The notes beneath the pieces were generated by a model that saw only the letters and a list, made by a program, of their open reading frames with translations, searched no databases and was not told the origin of the DNA. From NCBI GenBank assembly GCA_963768855.1, contig CAVYJM010000006.1, forward strand, positions 736,001-800,000: a stretch of 64,000 nucleotides of DNA, written 5' to 3'. The position numbers were made by a program, and so were the translations under genes. Source of the DNA: an uncultured Thermoplasmata archaeon. GTDB taxonomy: Archaea; Thermoplasmatota; Thermoplasmata; RBG-16-68-12. Shown here one piece after another: positions 36,128 through 45,759 of the stretch (the first letter of the stretch is position 1; each line of letters opens with the position of its first letter).

Positions 36128-37056
36128 CCGCCTTTCGTGGCTCCGCCGCGGCGCTTCAGGGCAGGGTTCAGGATTTCCTCGATCCCGTACCCAAGCATGG
36201 CGAACCCCAGCACGAGGACCGTGATGCAGATTCCGGGCGGGAGGAACCACCACCACTTCCCGGTCAGCATCGCACTGGCGGTGTAGGCGTAGTTGACCAT
36301 CTGGCCCCAGGTCTCGACGCCCTGCGGCCCCAGCCCGAAGAAGGAAAGGAACGCCTCCGTGAAGATCGCGCTCGAGACCGTGAGCACGGCCTCGGCCCAG
36401 ACGAGGGGCATCACGTTGGGGAGGATGTGACGAGCGAGGATGTATGCCTTCCCCGCGCCGACCGCCCGTGCGCGTTCAATGAACTGACGTTCCTTCAGGG
36501 ATAGCACCTGGGATCGGATGACGCGAGTCGTCGTCGGCCAGCTCACGAGAGCGATCGCGAAGACGATGGTCGCGAGGCTGTTGCCCAGGATGGACACGAT
36601 GACCAGCACGAACGGAAGCCACGGGACCACGAGGAAGAAGTCCGTGATCCGGGAGAGGATCTGGTCCGTCACCTTCCCGTAGTAGCCGGCGATCAGACCA
36701 AGGGACGTCCCGAGGATCATCGCGGCCAAGGATGCCACAAAACCAATGAGCAGGGAGATCTGGCTCCCGTAGACGATGACGTTCAGGATATCCTTCCCGA
36801 AGTGGTCCGTCCCGAGGAGGTGGGCGCTGGACGGCGGAAGGTCGTTCGGATACAGGGTCAGGAAGCTCTGGTAGGGCCCCACCAAGTAGGGAGCGAAGAC
36901 GGCCAGGACAACGAAGAACACGATGATGACCATCCCGGCCAAGGACAGCTTGTTGCGCAAGATCTGAATGAAGGTCTTCTTGCCCCGCGCGAGGGTTGCC
37001 AGAAGACGCTCCCGAAAAAGGGAGTAACTATCCGGTGTCGCGGTCGCGGTCCCCAT
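36124..37056 (-). CDS. ABC transporter permease (OppC/DppC)
   Basis: LLGTDHFGKD, RSQVLSLKERQFIERARAVGA, HILPN and WWWFLPPG. Confidence 0.9.
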   Translation of the reverse strand: MGTATATPDSYSLFRERLLATLARGKKTFIQILRNKLSLAGMVIIVFFVVLAVFAPYLVGPYQSFLTLYPNDLPPSSAHLLGTDHFGKDILNVIVYGSQISLLIGFVASLAAMILGTSLGLIAGYYGKVTDQILSRITDFFLVVPWLPFVLVIVSILGNSLATIVFAIALVSWPTTTRVIRSQVLSLKERQFIERARAVGAGKAYILARHILPNVMPLVWAEAVLTVSSAIFTEAFLSFFGLGPQGVETWGQMVNYAYTASAMLTGKWWWFLPPGICITVLVLGFAMLGYGIEEILNPALKRRGGATKGG

Positions 37057-37059
37057 GGA

Positions 37060-38067
37060 TCAGGTCTCCTGCACGCGCGGATCGAGGAACATGTAGAGCA
37101 CGTCCGCGACCGCGTTGGCAATCACGACCCCAATTGTTGCGATGAGGAACACCGCGGACAGGACGGGGAAGTTCTGGTTCTGGGTCGCGGTCCACGTGAG
37201 AAGGCCGATGCCGCTGATGTTGAACACGGTCTCGATGACGATCACGCCACTTACGACCCAGCCAAAGTACAGGGCAGACGCGGTGACGACGGGCAGGCGA
37301 GCGTTCGGCAGGGCGTGCCATCGGAGTTGCTGCCTCTCGTTGAGGCCTTTTGCCGCCGCGGTCACCATGTAGTCCTCCGGGAGGACCTCCGTCAGGGAGT
37401 TCCGGAGGGTCAGGGAGAACCAAGCGACGTTCGTGATGACGAACACGAGGATCGCGGGGATGTAGTAGTAGAGCGTGGCGATCGAGTCTTGGATTGGCTC
37501 TCCGACGAGATGGAGCATGCCCGGCTGCGGGAAGAGTCGGACCTCATACGTGAATGCGAAGACGATGACGAGAGACACCCAAAACGAGGGCATGGAATAC
37601 CCGGCTAACGTGGAGAGGGTGATCGTGACATCGGTCTTCGAACCGCGTCTCCAGCCGGACACCCGGCCGAGGACCATGCCCGCCCACATCGTGACCACGG
37701 TCGCGATGCCAATGAGGGTCAGGGTGACACTCAGTGCGGGGGCAATGATCTGCACGACGGGTACGCCGCCCAGGGGCTTGGTCAGTGAGGTTCCTAGGTT
37801 CCCCTGGAGGAGATTACCCATGTAGATGACGAACCTCTGCAGGATTGGCTTGTCGAGCCCCCATTCTGCGATGAGCTGCTTTCGGATCGCGCACTCGCCG
37901 CCGCCTCCGACAGAGCTGTTGCCTCCCCCGCCGCACCCCCTCGGGGTCACGCTGAACGTGGGGTCTCCGGGCAGGACCTGAAAGATGAAGAAATTTAGGG
38001 CGGTGATGAGGAAGATTGTCACCACGATGAGGACGGCTTTCCTCAGGAGGTACCTCCGGAAGTTCGT
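37060..38067 (-). CDS. ABC transporter permease (OppB/DppB), probable ACG start
   Basis: WGLDKP, GNLGTS, MPSFW, EDYMVTAAAKGL, HALPNA and VIETVF. The conserved N-terminal RYLLRK lies upstream of the first GTG. Confidence 0.88.
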   Translation of the reverse strand, partial: TNFRRYLLRKAVLIVVTIFLITALNFFIFQVLPGDPTFSVTPRGCGGGGNSSVGGGGECAIRKQLIAEWGLDKPILQRFVIYMGNLLQGNLGTSLTKPLGGVPVVQIIAPALSVTLTLIGIATVVTMWAGMVLGRVSGWRRGSKTDVTITLSTLAGYSMPSFWVSLVIVFAFTYEVRLFPQPGMLHLVGEPIQDSIATLYYYIPAILVFVITNVAWFSLTLRNSLTEVLPEDYMVTAAAKGLNERQQLRWHALPNARLPVVTASALYFGWVVSGVIVIETVFNISGIGLLTWTATQNQNFPVLSAVFLIATIGVVIANAVADVLYMFLDPRVQET

Positions 38068-38112
38068 TCTAGCGCCTCCTCAGGGTTTCCTCATCACCTT
38101 GGTTCTCCGTTG

Positions 38113-40995
38113 CTACGGCTTCGGCGGGAGTTCGATCTTCGCCTCCGCTTCCTCCTTCTTCTTTCGCCGTCTCATCATGTACACAGCCAGGATGGCCGCA
38201 GCCACAATGACCACCACCGCGACGATCGCCCCAATGATTAGCGGGGTGAACAGCGGTTCCGGCGTGGTCGTTGGGGCAAGGGCGAAGTTGACAACCGCCG
38301 CCGAGCCCGAGGTGACCGAGATGCCCGTCTTCGACTGGGTAGCGTAGCCCGTTGCGCTGGCGTTGACCGTGTAGGTCCCGGGTTCCACGCTGATGTTGAA
38401 CTGTCCCGCGCTGTTCGTGGAGCCGGAGGTCTGCTGCCCGTTGCTCGCGGTCACATAGATCGCGGCGGCCGCAATCACGGCGTTCGTTTGCGAGTCCGTG
38501 ACGGTCCCGGTGATCCATCCGAGAGCGGGGGTCAGCGAGAAGTCCTTCGTGGTCGTCGCGTTCGCGGTTATCGTCACGGACTGCGCTGCCGACGTGACGT
38601 AGAAGTGCGCCGAAGCGACCGCATCGTACGTCCCCGGGGCCAGCGTGATATTGTATAACCCGCTGGCCGGCGTCGTTGATGAGGACGCGCCGCCCGGCAT
38701 CGTGGCGACGACCGCGTCCTTGATCGGGCTGCCAGAGGTGTCTTTCACGACTCCCGCTAGCCAACCGATGATTGGCGGCGCCTCAGTCACGTTCAGGTAC
38801 ACCGGACCTTGCGTCGTCACGCCCGTGTATCCGTCCGACACGGTCGCGCGGATCGTGTAGTTGCCCGTGCGATTCCAGTAGTGCGTACCCGTTGTGCTGC
38901 CTCCGGAGGCGGTGCAGTTCGTCACCGTCTGGTCGTGCGGGCAGTAGGTCGTGGTCCCATCGCCCCAGTCCCACGTGAAGTTCAGTGTGTCCGGGGGGAC
39001 CGTGGGGTCCGTCGACGTGGCGGTGAGGCTCAGGCTCGTGTTCACGATCCAGCTGGCGTAGGTCGGATAGTGGATCACGGGCGAGGTCGGCGGCTGGTTC
39101 TGGACGATCGCAGAGCAGGTCGGGCAGGTGATGTTGAAGAACAGCGGGTTGGCACCCCAGAACGCGTTCATCTGCATGTACGGGTCGTGGTTCCAGTCGC
39201 CCCAGTTCGTCCACACGTCCGTCCGCATCGCCCATTCCCCGTACGGATAGACGTAGATGATGTACGGGGCCATGTCGTAGTTGATCTTCTGCGCCGCGTG
39301 GACGTCTTTGATCCGCTGGTTCAGGTCGAAGTCCGCGAGCTGCGCCAGATAGTAATGGTTGTACGTCGCGTTGTTCCAGAAGTTGTCATTCCAGTCGTCC
39401 AGCGTCCAGGACGATTGCATGGACAGGATGTAGTTCGGGTCGGGGTCCGCGGACCAGTACCAAATGTACATCTCCACCGCGCCGGCATACACGTCGGCGC
39501 TCAGGATGTCCTCCGTCGTCTCGGGTTTGAGGACGATCTGGATCCCGATCCGGGCGTACTCTTGCTGGAGGTACTGCGCCGTGGCGTACTCCTCGGGGAA
39601 ATCACCCGAGGGACGGGTGGCGAGGGTGAATGCGATCTTCGTCCCGGCCTTGATCGTCTTCGTCACGTTCGGCGGATCCGTCATCTGATAGGAGCCCCAG
39701 CCCGTCTGGTAGTCCACGACGATGTCGTTCCTGGCCTCCCGGTAGCCGTTCCCGAACGTCCCGCCGCTCCACAAGTCGTATCCGGACTGATTGAGAAGCG
39801 CGTTCGCTGCCTGGATGTTGTAGGTTAGATTGTCGCCACCCGCGACCGGGTCATACCACCACTGCGGCGTGACGGGGGAGACCAGCGTGTCGCCCCGCTT
39901 GCCCTCGCCATCGTAGAAGTGCTGGATGATGTAGTCCTTGTTCGTGGACATGGCCATCGCCCGCCGGACGTTGATATCGAAGCGGGCGAGGTTGAGAGAG
40001 CTCCCCGGTTTGTCATACTGGCTGATCCCAATCTCGTTCCACTCCTGGATGACCTGCAGGCCCGACTGGACGAGGATGTTCGTCTGGCCTCGAGCGGGTT
40101 CGATCGTCGACGGCGAGAACTGAGCCAGCTGGACACCTCCGCTCAGGAGGTTCGAGGCGAGGGAGTTCGGGTCGCTGAAGAACTTGAGGTAGATGTTCTG
40201 GATGTGGATATTGTCCGACCCGCTGACGTTCGCCCCGACTGCATGGTAGGAGGGGTTCCTCGACACGTGGATGTATCCGCCCGGGCTGAGCGCCGTCAGG
40301 AACTGGTTGTAGATGTTGGAGTCGGCGATGAAGGGGCCCGTGCCGATCGGGTTCGCGTTCGCGTAGGGGATGCCCCCAGGGCAGCCGGCGGTCCCGCCCG
40401 CGCACGATGGGTCGACCGTCCTCCACTGCGCTTGCTGCACGATCGGACCGAAGATGTCCTCGCCCGCGACGAAGGGGATCTTGAAGTAGAGGATCACCTG
40501 CCACGGGTTCGTGGAGGAGATTACGGCGCCGCAGTGGGGTCGGGTCTTCGAGGTACACTGCACGACCTGGTTGAAGTACGGCTCGTATGCCCACAGGGAC
40601 GCGAGGTTCTGGCTGTCGTAGTTCCAGGTGAACGCGACGTCGGCGGCCGTGAGATCCGTGCCGTCCGACCACTTCACGCCCTGGCGCACGGTGTAGGTCC
40701 AGTTGAAACCCGCCGCATCGTGCGTGGCACTCGTGATGATGTTGGGAATGAACGTCCCTTGTCCATCGAATGCAAACGGATAGTCGTACAGTAGGCCGTA
40801 GAGGAAGTAGGATGGGTCATTGATCCCGCGGTACGGATTCAAGTAATCGATTGTCTGCAGGAAGCCGATTGTGAGGTCCGGCGCCGGTACGGCTTTCGCG
40901 GTGATCGCGAGCCCGACTGGCCCGACCACCAAGGTCTGCAGCAACAACGCGACGGTCACTAGTCCACAAATCAACGCGACGTTCAAGGACTTCGT
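38113..40995 (-). CDS. Family-5 ABC substrate-binding protein with PKD-like and two carboxypeptidase-regulatory-like domains and a C-terminal TM anchor
   Basis: YTVRQGVKWSDGTDLTAADVAFT, IGTGPF, NVRRAMAM; PKD-like FTWDWGDG; repeated G.ITG.V.D...GTYTV.AS units; TM then RRRKKK. Start ACG 40995 proposed; ATG 41061 and TTG are alternatives. Confidence 0.86.
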   Translation of the reverse strand, partial: TKSLNVALICGLVTVALLLQTLVVGPVGLAITAKAVPAPDLTIGFLQTIDYLNPYRGINDPSYFLYGLLYDYPFAFDGQGTFIPNIITSATHDAAGFNWTYTVRQGVKWSDGTDLTAADVAFTWNYDSQNLASLWAYEPYFNQVVQCTSKTRPHCGAVISSTNPWQVILYFKIPFVAGEDIFGPIVQQAQWRTVDPSCAGGTAGCPGGIPYANANPIGTGPFIADSNIYNQFLTALSPGGYIHVSRNPSYHAVGANVSGSDNIHIQNIYLKFFSDPNSLASNLLSGGVQLAQFSPSTIEPARGQTNILVQSGLQVIQEWNEIGISQYDKPGSSLNLARFDINVRRAMAMSTNKDYIIQHFYDGEGKRGDTLVSPVTPQWWYDPVAGGDNLTYNIQAANALLNQSGYDLWSGGTFGNGYREARNDIVVDYQTGWGSYQMTDPPNVTKTIKAGTKIAFTLATRPSGDFPEEYATAQYLQQEYARIGIQIVLKPETTEDILSADVYAGAVEMYIWYWSADPDPNYILSMQSSWTLDDWNDNFWNNATYNHYYLAQLADFDLNQRIKDVHAAQKINYDMAPYIIYVYPYGEWAMRTDVWTNWGDWNHDPYMQMNAFWGANPLFFNITCPTCSAIVQNQPPTSPVIHYPTYASWIVNTSLSLTATSTDPTVPPDTLNFTWDWGDGTTTYCPHDQTVTNCTASGGSTTGTHYWNRTGNYTIRATVSDGYTGVTTQGPVYLNVTEAPPIIGWLAGVVKDTSGSPIKDAVVATMPGGASSSTTPASGLYNITLAPGTYDAVASAHFYVTSAAQSVTITANATTTKDFSLTPALGWITGTVTDSQTNAVIAAAAIYVTASNGQQTSGSTNSAGQFNISVEPGTYTVNASATGYATQSKTGISVTSGSAAVVNFALAPTTTPEPLFTPLIIGAIVAVVVIVAAAILAVYMMRRRKKKEEAEAKIELPPKP

Positions 40996-41071
40996 CCGAA
41001 ACCCTCCCGTCCGCGCCGGTCCTTGCGGCCCGACGTCTTTAAGTGATTGACGGACCCCCATAAAAGGGTAC

Positions 41072-41081
41072 TGTCATGACA
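41072..41081. promoter_or_regulatory. Perfect palindrome TGTCATGACA next to the substrate-binding protein promoter
   Basis: 10-bp self-complementary site immediately upstream (minus strand) of a CCCTTTTAT box. Confidence 0.5.
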
Positions 41082-41188
41082 CTAGTACTCCATGCGTGCA
41101 AGAGCGTCCTTGCGAGCTTTTTGTCTGCGTCGATAGTACGCTTTCGTGCGACACAACCGGACGTATCCGAGGGCCATCCCTTGAGGGA

Positions 41189-41273
41189 TGCGTGGGCCAG
41201 GATTCGAACCTGGGAACCCCTGCGGGAAGGGATCTTGAGTCCCTCGCCTTTGACCTGGCTTGGCTACCCACGC
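41189..41273 (-). tRNA. tRNA-Leu(CAA)
   Basis: GCGTGGGTAGCCAAGCCAGGTCAAAGGCG-AGGGA CT CAA GA TCCCT-long variable arm-CCAGGTTCGAATCCTGG-CCCACGCA. Confidence 0.95.
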
Positions 41274-41355
41274 ACGGTGCGCGGAGCGTGGCCTTCTCCT
41301 ATAATCTTTGTCGCGGGCCGGCGGGGCCCCGAAGCGTTTTTGTCGTGGCGCCGCC

Positions 41356-41754
41356 ATGGCCCGCCGGGGTCGCATCGTGGTCTCGTACTTCTCGAAAGAG
41401 TTCTTCGACGCCCTGGCGAGCGCGTTGAACGCAGATGCCGAGTGGATGAAGAAGTCGTCGAATTCGACCTTCAAGGCCGTCATCACCCTCACGGACCGTT
41501 CGAAGTCGTACCTGCTCGACGTCGTGAGCGGACGGGTGGCGGTGAGCGAGGTCGCGCCGGACGTGCCCGCCGACTTCAAGTTCGAGGGGCCGTACGACGC
41601 CTGGGTCATCTTGGGCAAGGGCGAGAAGGACTTCCAGTCGCTGGTGATGGGAGGCAAGATCAAGTTCCGGGGATCGATGCCCAAGGTGATGGGCATGATG
41701 GGCCAGTGGAACCGGCTCATCAAGGTGGCTCAGGAGCTCCCGAAGGAGTTCTAA
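41356..41754 (+). CDS. SCP2 sterol/lipid-carrier domain protein (paralogue 2)
   Basis: ADFKFEGPYDAW...LVMGGKIKFRGSM...LPKEF. Confidence 0.8.
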   Translation: MARRGRIVVSYFSKEFFDALASALNADAEWMKKSSNSTFKAVITLTDRSKSYLLDVVSGRVAVSEVAPDVPADFKFEGPYDAWVILGKGEKDFQSLVMGGKIKFRGSMPKVMGMMGQWNRLIKVAQELPKEF

Positions 41755-41919
41755 TCGGAGCTCACGGTCGCTCCGGTGCTGAACACCTTCACGCGCTCAA
41801 CCGGATCGATTCGAAAAACGGTTCCGGCTTGAACCTTCGCCCGTCGGCGACGAGCCGCTCAAACGATTAAATAGCGAGGGACCCATTCGCATCCCAGATC
41901 GGGGAGACCGGGGGAGACC

Positions 41920-43074
41920 ATGGTCGATTTTGAGCTCACGGAAGAGCAGAAGCTCATGCAGAAGACCGCGCACGAGTTCGCCGAGAAGGAGATGCGGCCG
42001 ATCGCCCTGGAGTATGACAAGAAGGCAGTCATGCCGTGGGACATCGTGAAGAAGGCGCATGCGCTCGGCTTGGACACGGCCTTCATCCCCGAAGAGTACG
42101 GCGGCGGGGGCATCGCGTCGACGCTCACGCACTGCATCGTGATGGAGGAACTGAACTGGGGATGTGCGGGGATCGCCACGGGGCTCCTCGGCGCGGGACT
42201 CGCGTATCTCCCGATCATCCACATGGGGACCGAGGATCAGAAGAAGCGCTTCCTCGTCCGCTTCACCGGGCCCGAGCCGCGCCTCGGCGCCCTCTGCCTG
42301 ACCGAGCCCGACGCCGGCTCCGACAACCAGAACATCTCCACCACCGCGGTAAAGGAAGGGAACGAGTGGGTCCTGAACGGTGTCAAGCGGTTCATCACGA
42401 ACGGGGGCATCGCCGATGTCCACGTCGTCTTCGCCACGATTGACAAGAGCCTCCGGTTCCTCGGGGTCCGTGGGTTCGTCGTGGAGCACGACACCCCCGG
42501 GCTCAAAGAGGGCAAGGTCGAAGACAAGATGGGGGTGCGCGCGAGCCACACCTCGGAGGTCCTCCTGGACAACTGCCGCATCCCGGGCGACAACATGCTG
42601 GGCTCCGAGGACAGCTCCGCCTTCTACGGCGCGATGAAAACGCTCGAGTCGTCGCGCCCGCTGGTCGCCGCCGGCGCCGTCGGGATCGCCCGGGCGGCGT
42701 ACGAGTACGCGCTGGACTACGCTCGGAAGCGCAAGCAGTTCGGCGGGCCGATCGCGAAGAAGCAGGCGATCGCCTTCATGCTCGCGGACATGAAGACCAA
42801 GGTGGATGCGGCGCGCATGCTCGTCTACCGGGCCGCCTGGATGCTCGACCAGGGGATGCCCATGAACAAGGAGGCGAGCGAAGCGAAGCTATTCGCCGCG
42901 GACATCGCCATGGACGTGACCACGGACGCCGTGCAGATCCTGGGCGGCGCGGGCTACATGAAGGACGAGCCCGTCGAAAAGTGGATGCGCGACGCGAAGG
43001 TCTTCCAAATCTGGGAAGGCACGTCGCAGATTCAGCGGCTCATCATCTCCCGGGACGAGATCGGCGAGCTGTGA
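41920..43074 (+). CDS. Acyl-CoA dehydrogenase
   Basis: LCLTEPDAGSD, LNGVKRFITNGG, KMGVRAS, YARKRKQFG, QILGGAGY and QIWEGTSQIQR. Confidence 0.93.
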   Translation: MVDFELTEEQKLMQKTAHEFAEKEMRPIALEYDKKAVMPWDIVKKAHALGLDTAFIPEEYGGGGIASTLTHCIVMEELNWGCAGIATGLLGAGLAYLPIIHMGTEDQKKRFLVRFTGPEPRLGALCLTEPDAGSDNQNISTTAVKEGNEWVLNGVKRFITNGGIADVHVVFATIDKSLRFLGVRGFVVEHDTPGLKEGKVEDKMGVRASHTSEVLLDNCRIPGDNMLGSEDSSAFYGAMKTLESSRPLVAAGAVGIARAAYEYALDYARKRKQFGGPIAKKQAIAFMLADMKTKVDAARMLVYRAAWMLDQGMPMNKEASEAKLFAADIAMDVTTDAVQILGGAGYMKDEPVEKWMRDAKVFQIWEGTSQIQRLIISRDEIGEL

Positions 43075-43116
43075 CTGCCCGCTAGGCTTAAGGCCGTCCG
43101 CGGCCGATGCGGACCC

Positions 43117-43728
43117 ATGGCCGTGCCCGCCCTCTCTGTTGCCGCCCCGCTTCCGGAACCGCTGCGTCTCCCGCGCGGAAGTGTCCACGGCCTGCTCGTG
43201 ATCGTCCTCATGGGCACGTTCGTGTATCTCCTCAACCGCGACCGCGCCGCGCCCCAGGTCCTGGTGAACGCCGTGGTCGTCTGCCTCGCGTTCTACTTCG
43301 GGAGTCACGGGACGATTCCGGCCGGCCTTGGAGCCTCCGGGGGCACGTCGAGCCCCGGGAGGCGCCCCCGGATCGTCCGAGGTCTCCTCCTCGCGGGGTT
43401 CGCCGGGCTCGCGGGATGGTTCCTGTACTCGGGCGTGCCGTTCGACCAGCTTCCCTCCCCGCTGGTCGAGATATGGGAGGTGCTGGGCGGCTATCTCCTG
43501 GGACTCACGCTCTCCTGGGTGTTCCATCGGCGGGCCCATGAGACGGACGCGCGACGCCGCCTGGCCACCGTGTTCCGCGACCTGAGCGCCCTGGGCGCGC
43601 TCGGGTTCACACTGTTCGCGTGCTACGCGATGGCCACGGGCCTCGTGAGCGCCTTCGGTCAGACGGTCGAGCAGGGGCTCTCCCTCGTCATCACGTACTA
43701 CTTCGGTTCGCGGGTCATCGCCCACTGA
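43117..43728 (+). CDS. Hypothetical multi-pass membrane protein with a duplicated YFGS-ending unit
   Basis: PLRLPRGSVHGLL...AFYFGSH and ...TYYFGSR; about 6 TM. Confidence 0.7.
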   Translation: MAVPALSVAAPLPEPLRLPRGSVHGLLVIVLMGTFVYLLNRDRAAPQVLVNAVVVCLAFYFGSHGTIPAGLGASGGTSSPGRRPRIVRGLLLAGFAGLAGWFLYSGVPFDQLPSPLVEIWEVLGGYLLGLTLSWVFHRRAHETDARRRLATVFRDLSALGALGFTLFACYAMATGLVSAFGQTVEQGLSLVITYYFGSRVIAH

Positions 43729-43738
43729 GGAGGGCCGC

Positions 43739-44650
43739 CTACTCGGTGATCTCCGCGACCCCTTTCGCGGGGACGCGGAACAGAAGGGGCAGCAGGCTCA
43801 TCCACGCGGTTTCGAAGATGAGAGCCGTGATGGCGGGCAGGCTTGCCAGGGGCCCGAAGACGTTGAAGGCCAAGACCACCGTCAGGCCGAGATTCTTGAA
43901 CCCCGCGAAGGTGACGGCGGCGATTCGCGTTTCTCGAGGAGTCCGGAGGAGCACCGTGACCGCGAGGATCATCAAGCCGAGACCAATCGTACGCGCGAAG
44001 GCCAGGAGGGACAGGCCGGCGGCCAGGCCCGGCTCGCTCAGGAGGGTGGCGCGGGTGGACCCCGCGATGGCCATGACGAGGACGAAGAAGGAGACGCATA
44101 CCGCGACGGGCCGAACCTCATGGACAGGCTTCCAACCCCGCAGCGGCCTCGAGAGGATGGTCGGGACGCCGATCAGCAGCAGCGTCTGGACCGCAAGGGT
44201 CTCCACGGGCACCGCCTCTCCCAGGAACAGCAGACTCAGTCCGGGCACCATGGCGAGTCCCGTGAAGTAGAGGACCGACTCCGAGATCAGGGCGCGCCGG
44301 ACATTCCCCCGGAGGAGTGACGTGATGGGGACCACGGCGACCGCCGGCGGCACGGCCCCCATGAGAACCCACCCGCTGCGGACCTGGGGGTCTGGGGTGA
44401 GGAGGCCGATGGCGATGACGAGCGACCCAAGGACTCCGTACGTCATCGCGGACGAGAGCGCGAGGCCGCGGAGCTCCGCACCCGGAGAGATGCCGCGGAA
44501 GGAGATCTCCGTGAGGGAGAACGCCATGGCGACGATCAGGGTGGCCTGCTGGATGATCCCGGAGAGGTTTGCGGGGAAGCCCCCCGTCAAGAAGCCGACG
44601 ACGAGGCCCGCGCCGACCATGAACGGGAAGTTTCTCCAGAACCGGAACAC
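43739..44650 (-). CDS. Bile acid:sodium symporter-like (BASS/ACR3 superfamily) transporter
   Basis: About 9-10 TM; GAVPPAVAVVP and FAGFKNLGL motifs. Confidence 0.7.
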   Translation of the reverse strand: MFRFWRNFPFMVGAGLVVGFLTGGFPANLSGIIQQATLIVAMAFSLTEISFRGISPGAELRGLALSSAMTYGVLGSLVIAIGLLTPDPQVRSGWVLMGAVPPAVAVVPITSLLRGNVRRALISESVLYFTGLAMVPGLSLLFLGEAVPVETLAVQTLLLIGVPTILSRPLRGWKPVHEVRPVAVCVSFFVLVMAIAGSTRATLLSEPGLAAGLSLLAFARTIGLGLMILAVTVLLRTPRETRIAAVTFAGFKNLGLTVVLAFNVFGPLASLPAITALIFETAWMSLLPLLFRVPAKGVAEITE

Positions 44651-44706
44651 GCGGCCACGACCGATGCCGGGCGCTTAAACCTTGACGTCGCCTCGAGCCT
44701 CGCGGC

Positions 44707-45555
44707 TCACAAGCTCACGAGGGCCGCGCCGACGATCGCGAGGCCCACGGCAATCTTCTGCGCACGGGTCATCTCTTCCTCCATCCAGAACCGGCGGAAC
44801 AGAATGGCCACGATCGGGTACGCGGTCGTGAGCGGCACGACGACGGCGAGAGGTCCCAGCCCGATCGCGAGGAAGATCGTGATGCCCGCGGCCGCGAAGA
44901 GGATGAGGGTGGGCTGCGCGGCCCGGATGTCCGCCCGGGCGACGGGCCCGCGCTTGCGGGATTCGCGCCATCCGAAGGCGAGCATCATGGGGGTGGAGAC
45001 GAGGACGTAGATTCCCGCGTTTCCTGCGAATCCCATCGAGGCGATCGCGAGCTTCTCGAAGACGCCCCAAGCTCCCCAGAGAAGGACTGCCACGACCATC
45101 GGAGCGAGCCAGGCGCGGCTGACCGACTTCTTGTCGGACTCTTCGACCCATCCGAGGAGGAACGCCGCGCCCACGAGGAAAGCGATGCTCACGGCCTGGA
45201 GGGGGAGAAGGGTCGCGCCGAGGCCGACGACGGCGGCCACCACCGTGACGACCGGGTACGCGGCGGTGAACCCGCTGACCACCGACGCCTCGCCGGATTC
45301 CATGGCCACGAACCAGAGCATGTTGCCGATCGTCCCGCAGAGGGCCGAGGCCACACCGAAGGCGATGCCCGTGGCCGTCAGGGAACCGCCACCGCTCCCG
45401 AGCAGGAACCAGCCCGCGTAGATCGGGACGCTATAGAGAGAATACAGGGCGAGCATCCGGCCTGGACCCAGCCGGACCGTCGGCTCTTTGGAGAGGCCCT
45501 CGCCCAGGCCGTAGAGCACGACCGTGAGCAGGGCGCATGCGAGCCAGAGCTCCAT
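44707..45555 (-). CDS. EamA/DMT-family transporter
   Basis: Two repeats of about 5 TM with GEASVVSGFTAAYPVVT and LAVVVPLTTAYP. Confidence 0.85.
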   Translation of the reverse strand: MELWLACALLTVVLYGLGEGLSKEPTVRLGPGRMLALYSLYSVPIYAGWFLLGSGGGSLTATGIAFGVASALCGTIGNMLWFVAMESGEASVVSGFTAAYPVVTVVAAVVGLGATLLPLQAVSIAFLVGAAFLLGWVEESDKKSVSRAWLAPMVVAVLLWGAWGVFEKLAIASMGFAGNAGIYVLVSTPMMLAFGWRESRKRGPVARADIRAAQPTLILFAAAGITIFLAIGLGPLAVVVPLTTAYPIVAILFRRFWMEEEMTRAQKIAVGLAIVGAALVSL

Positions 45556-45759
45556 CTCGCCACTCTGCCGTTCGTCTGTCTTTGTCGGTGTCTTGTTCCA
45601 TGTCTGCAGACTCCGCGCGGAGACGCGCTCCGCATCCGAGTTGCGGGTGTCTCTTAGGCCGAGGTTTTCTTAAAGGTGCCGGTAAAAAAGTACGTCGCGA
45701 AAGATGAAAGTGGTAGGCGGGAGACGGATCTCCCGCCATCTTTGCACTACCTTCCCGAC

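Noticed and set aside
41100-41273. Integration site (att repeat) at tRNA-Leu
   Set aside because: No second copy of its 3' end was found by eye. The adjacent CATCCC-TTGA-GGGATG hairpin looks like a local terminator or processing structure.
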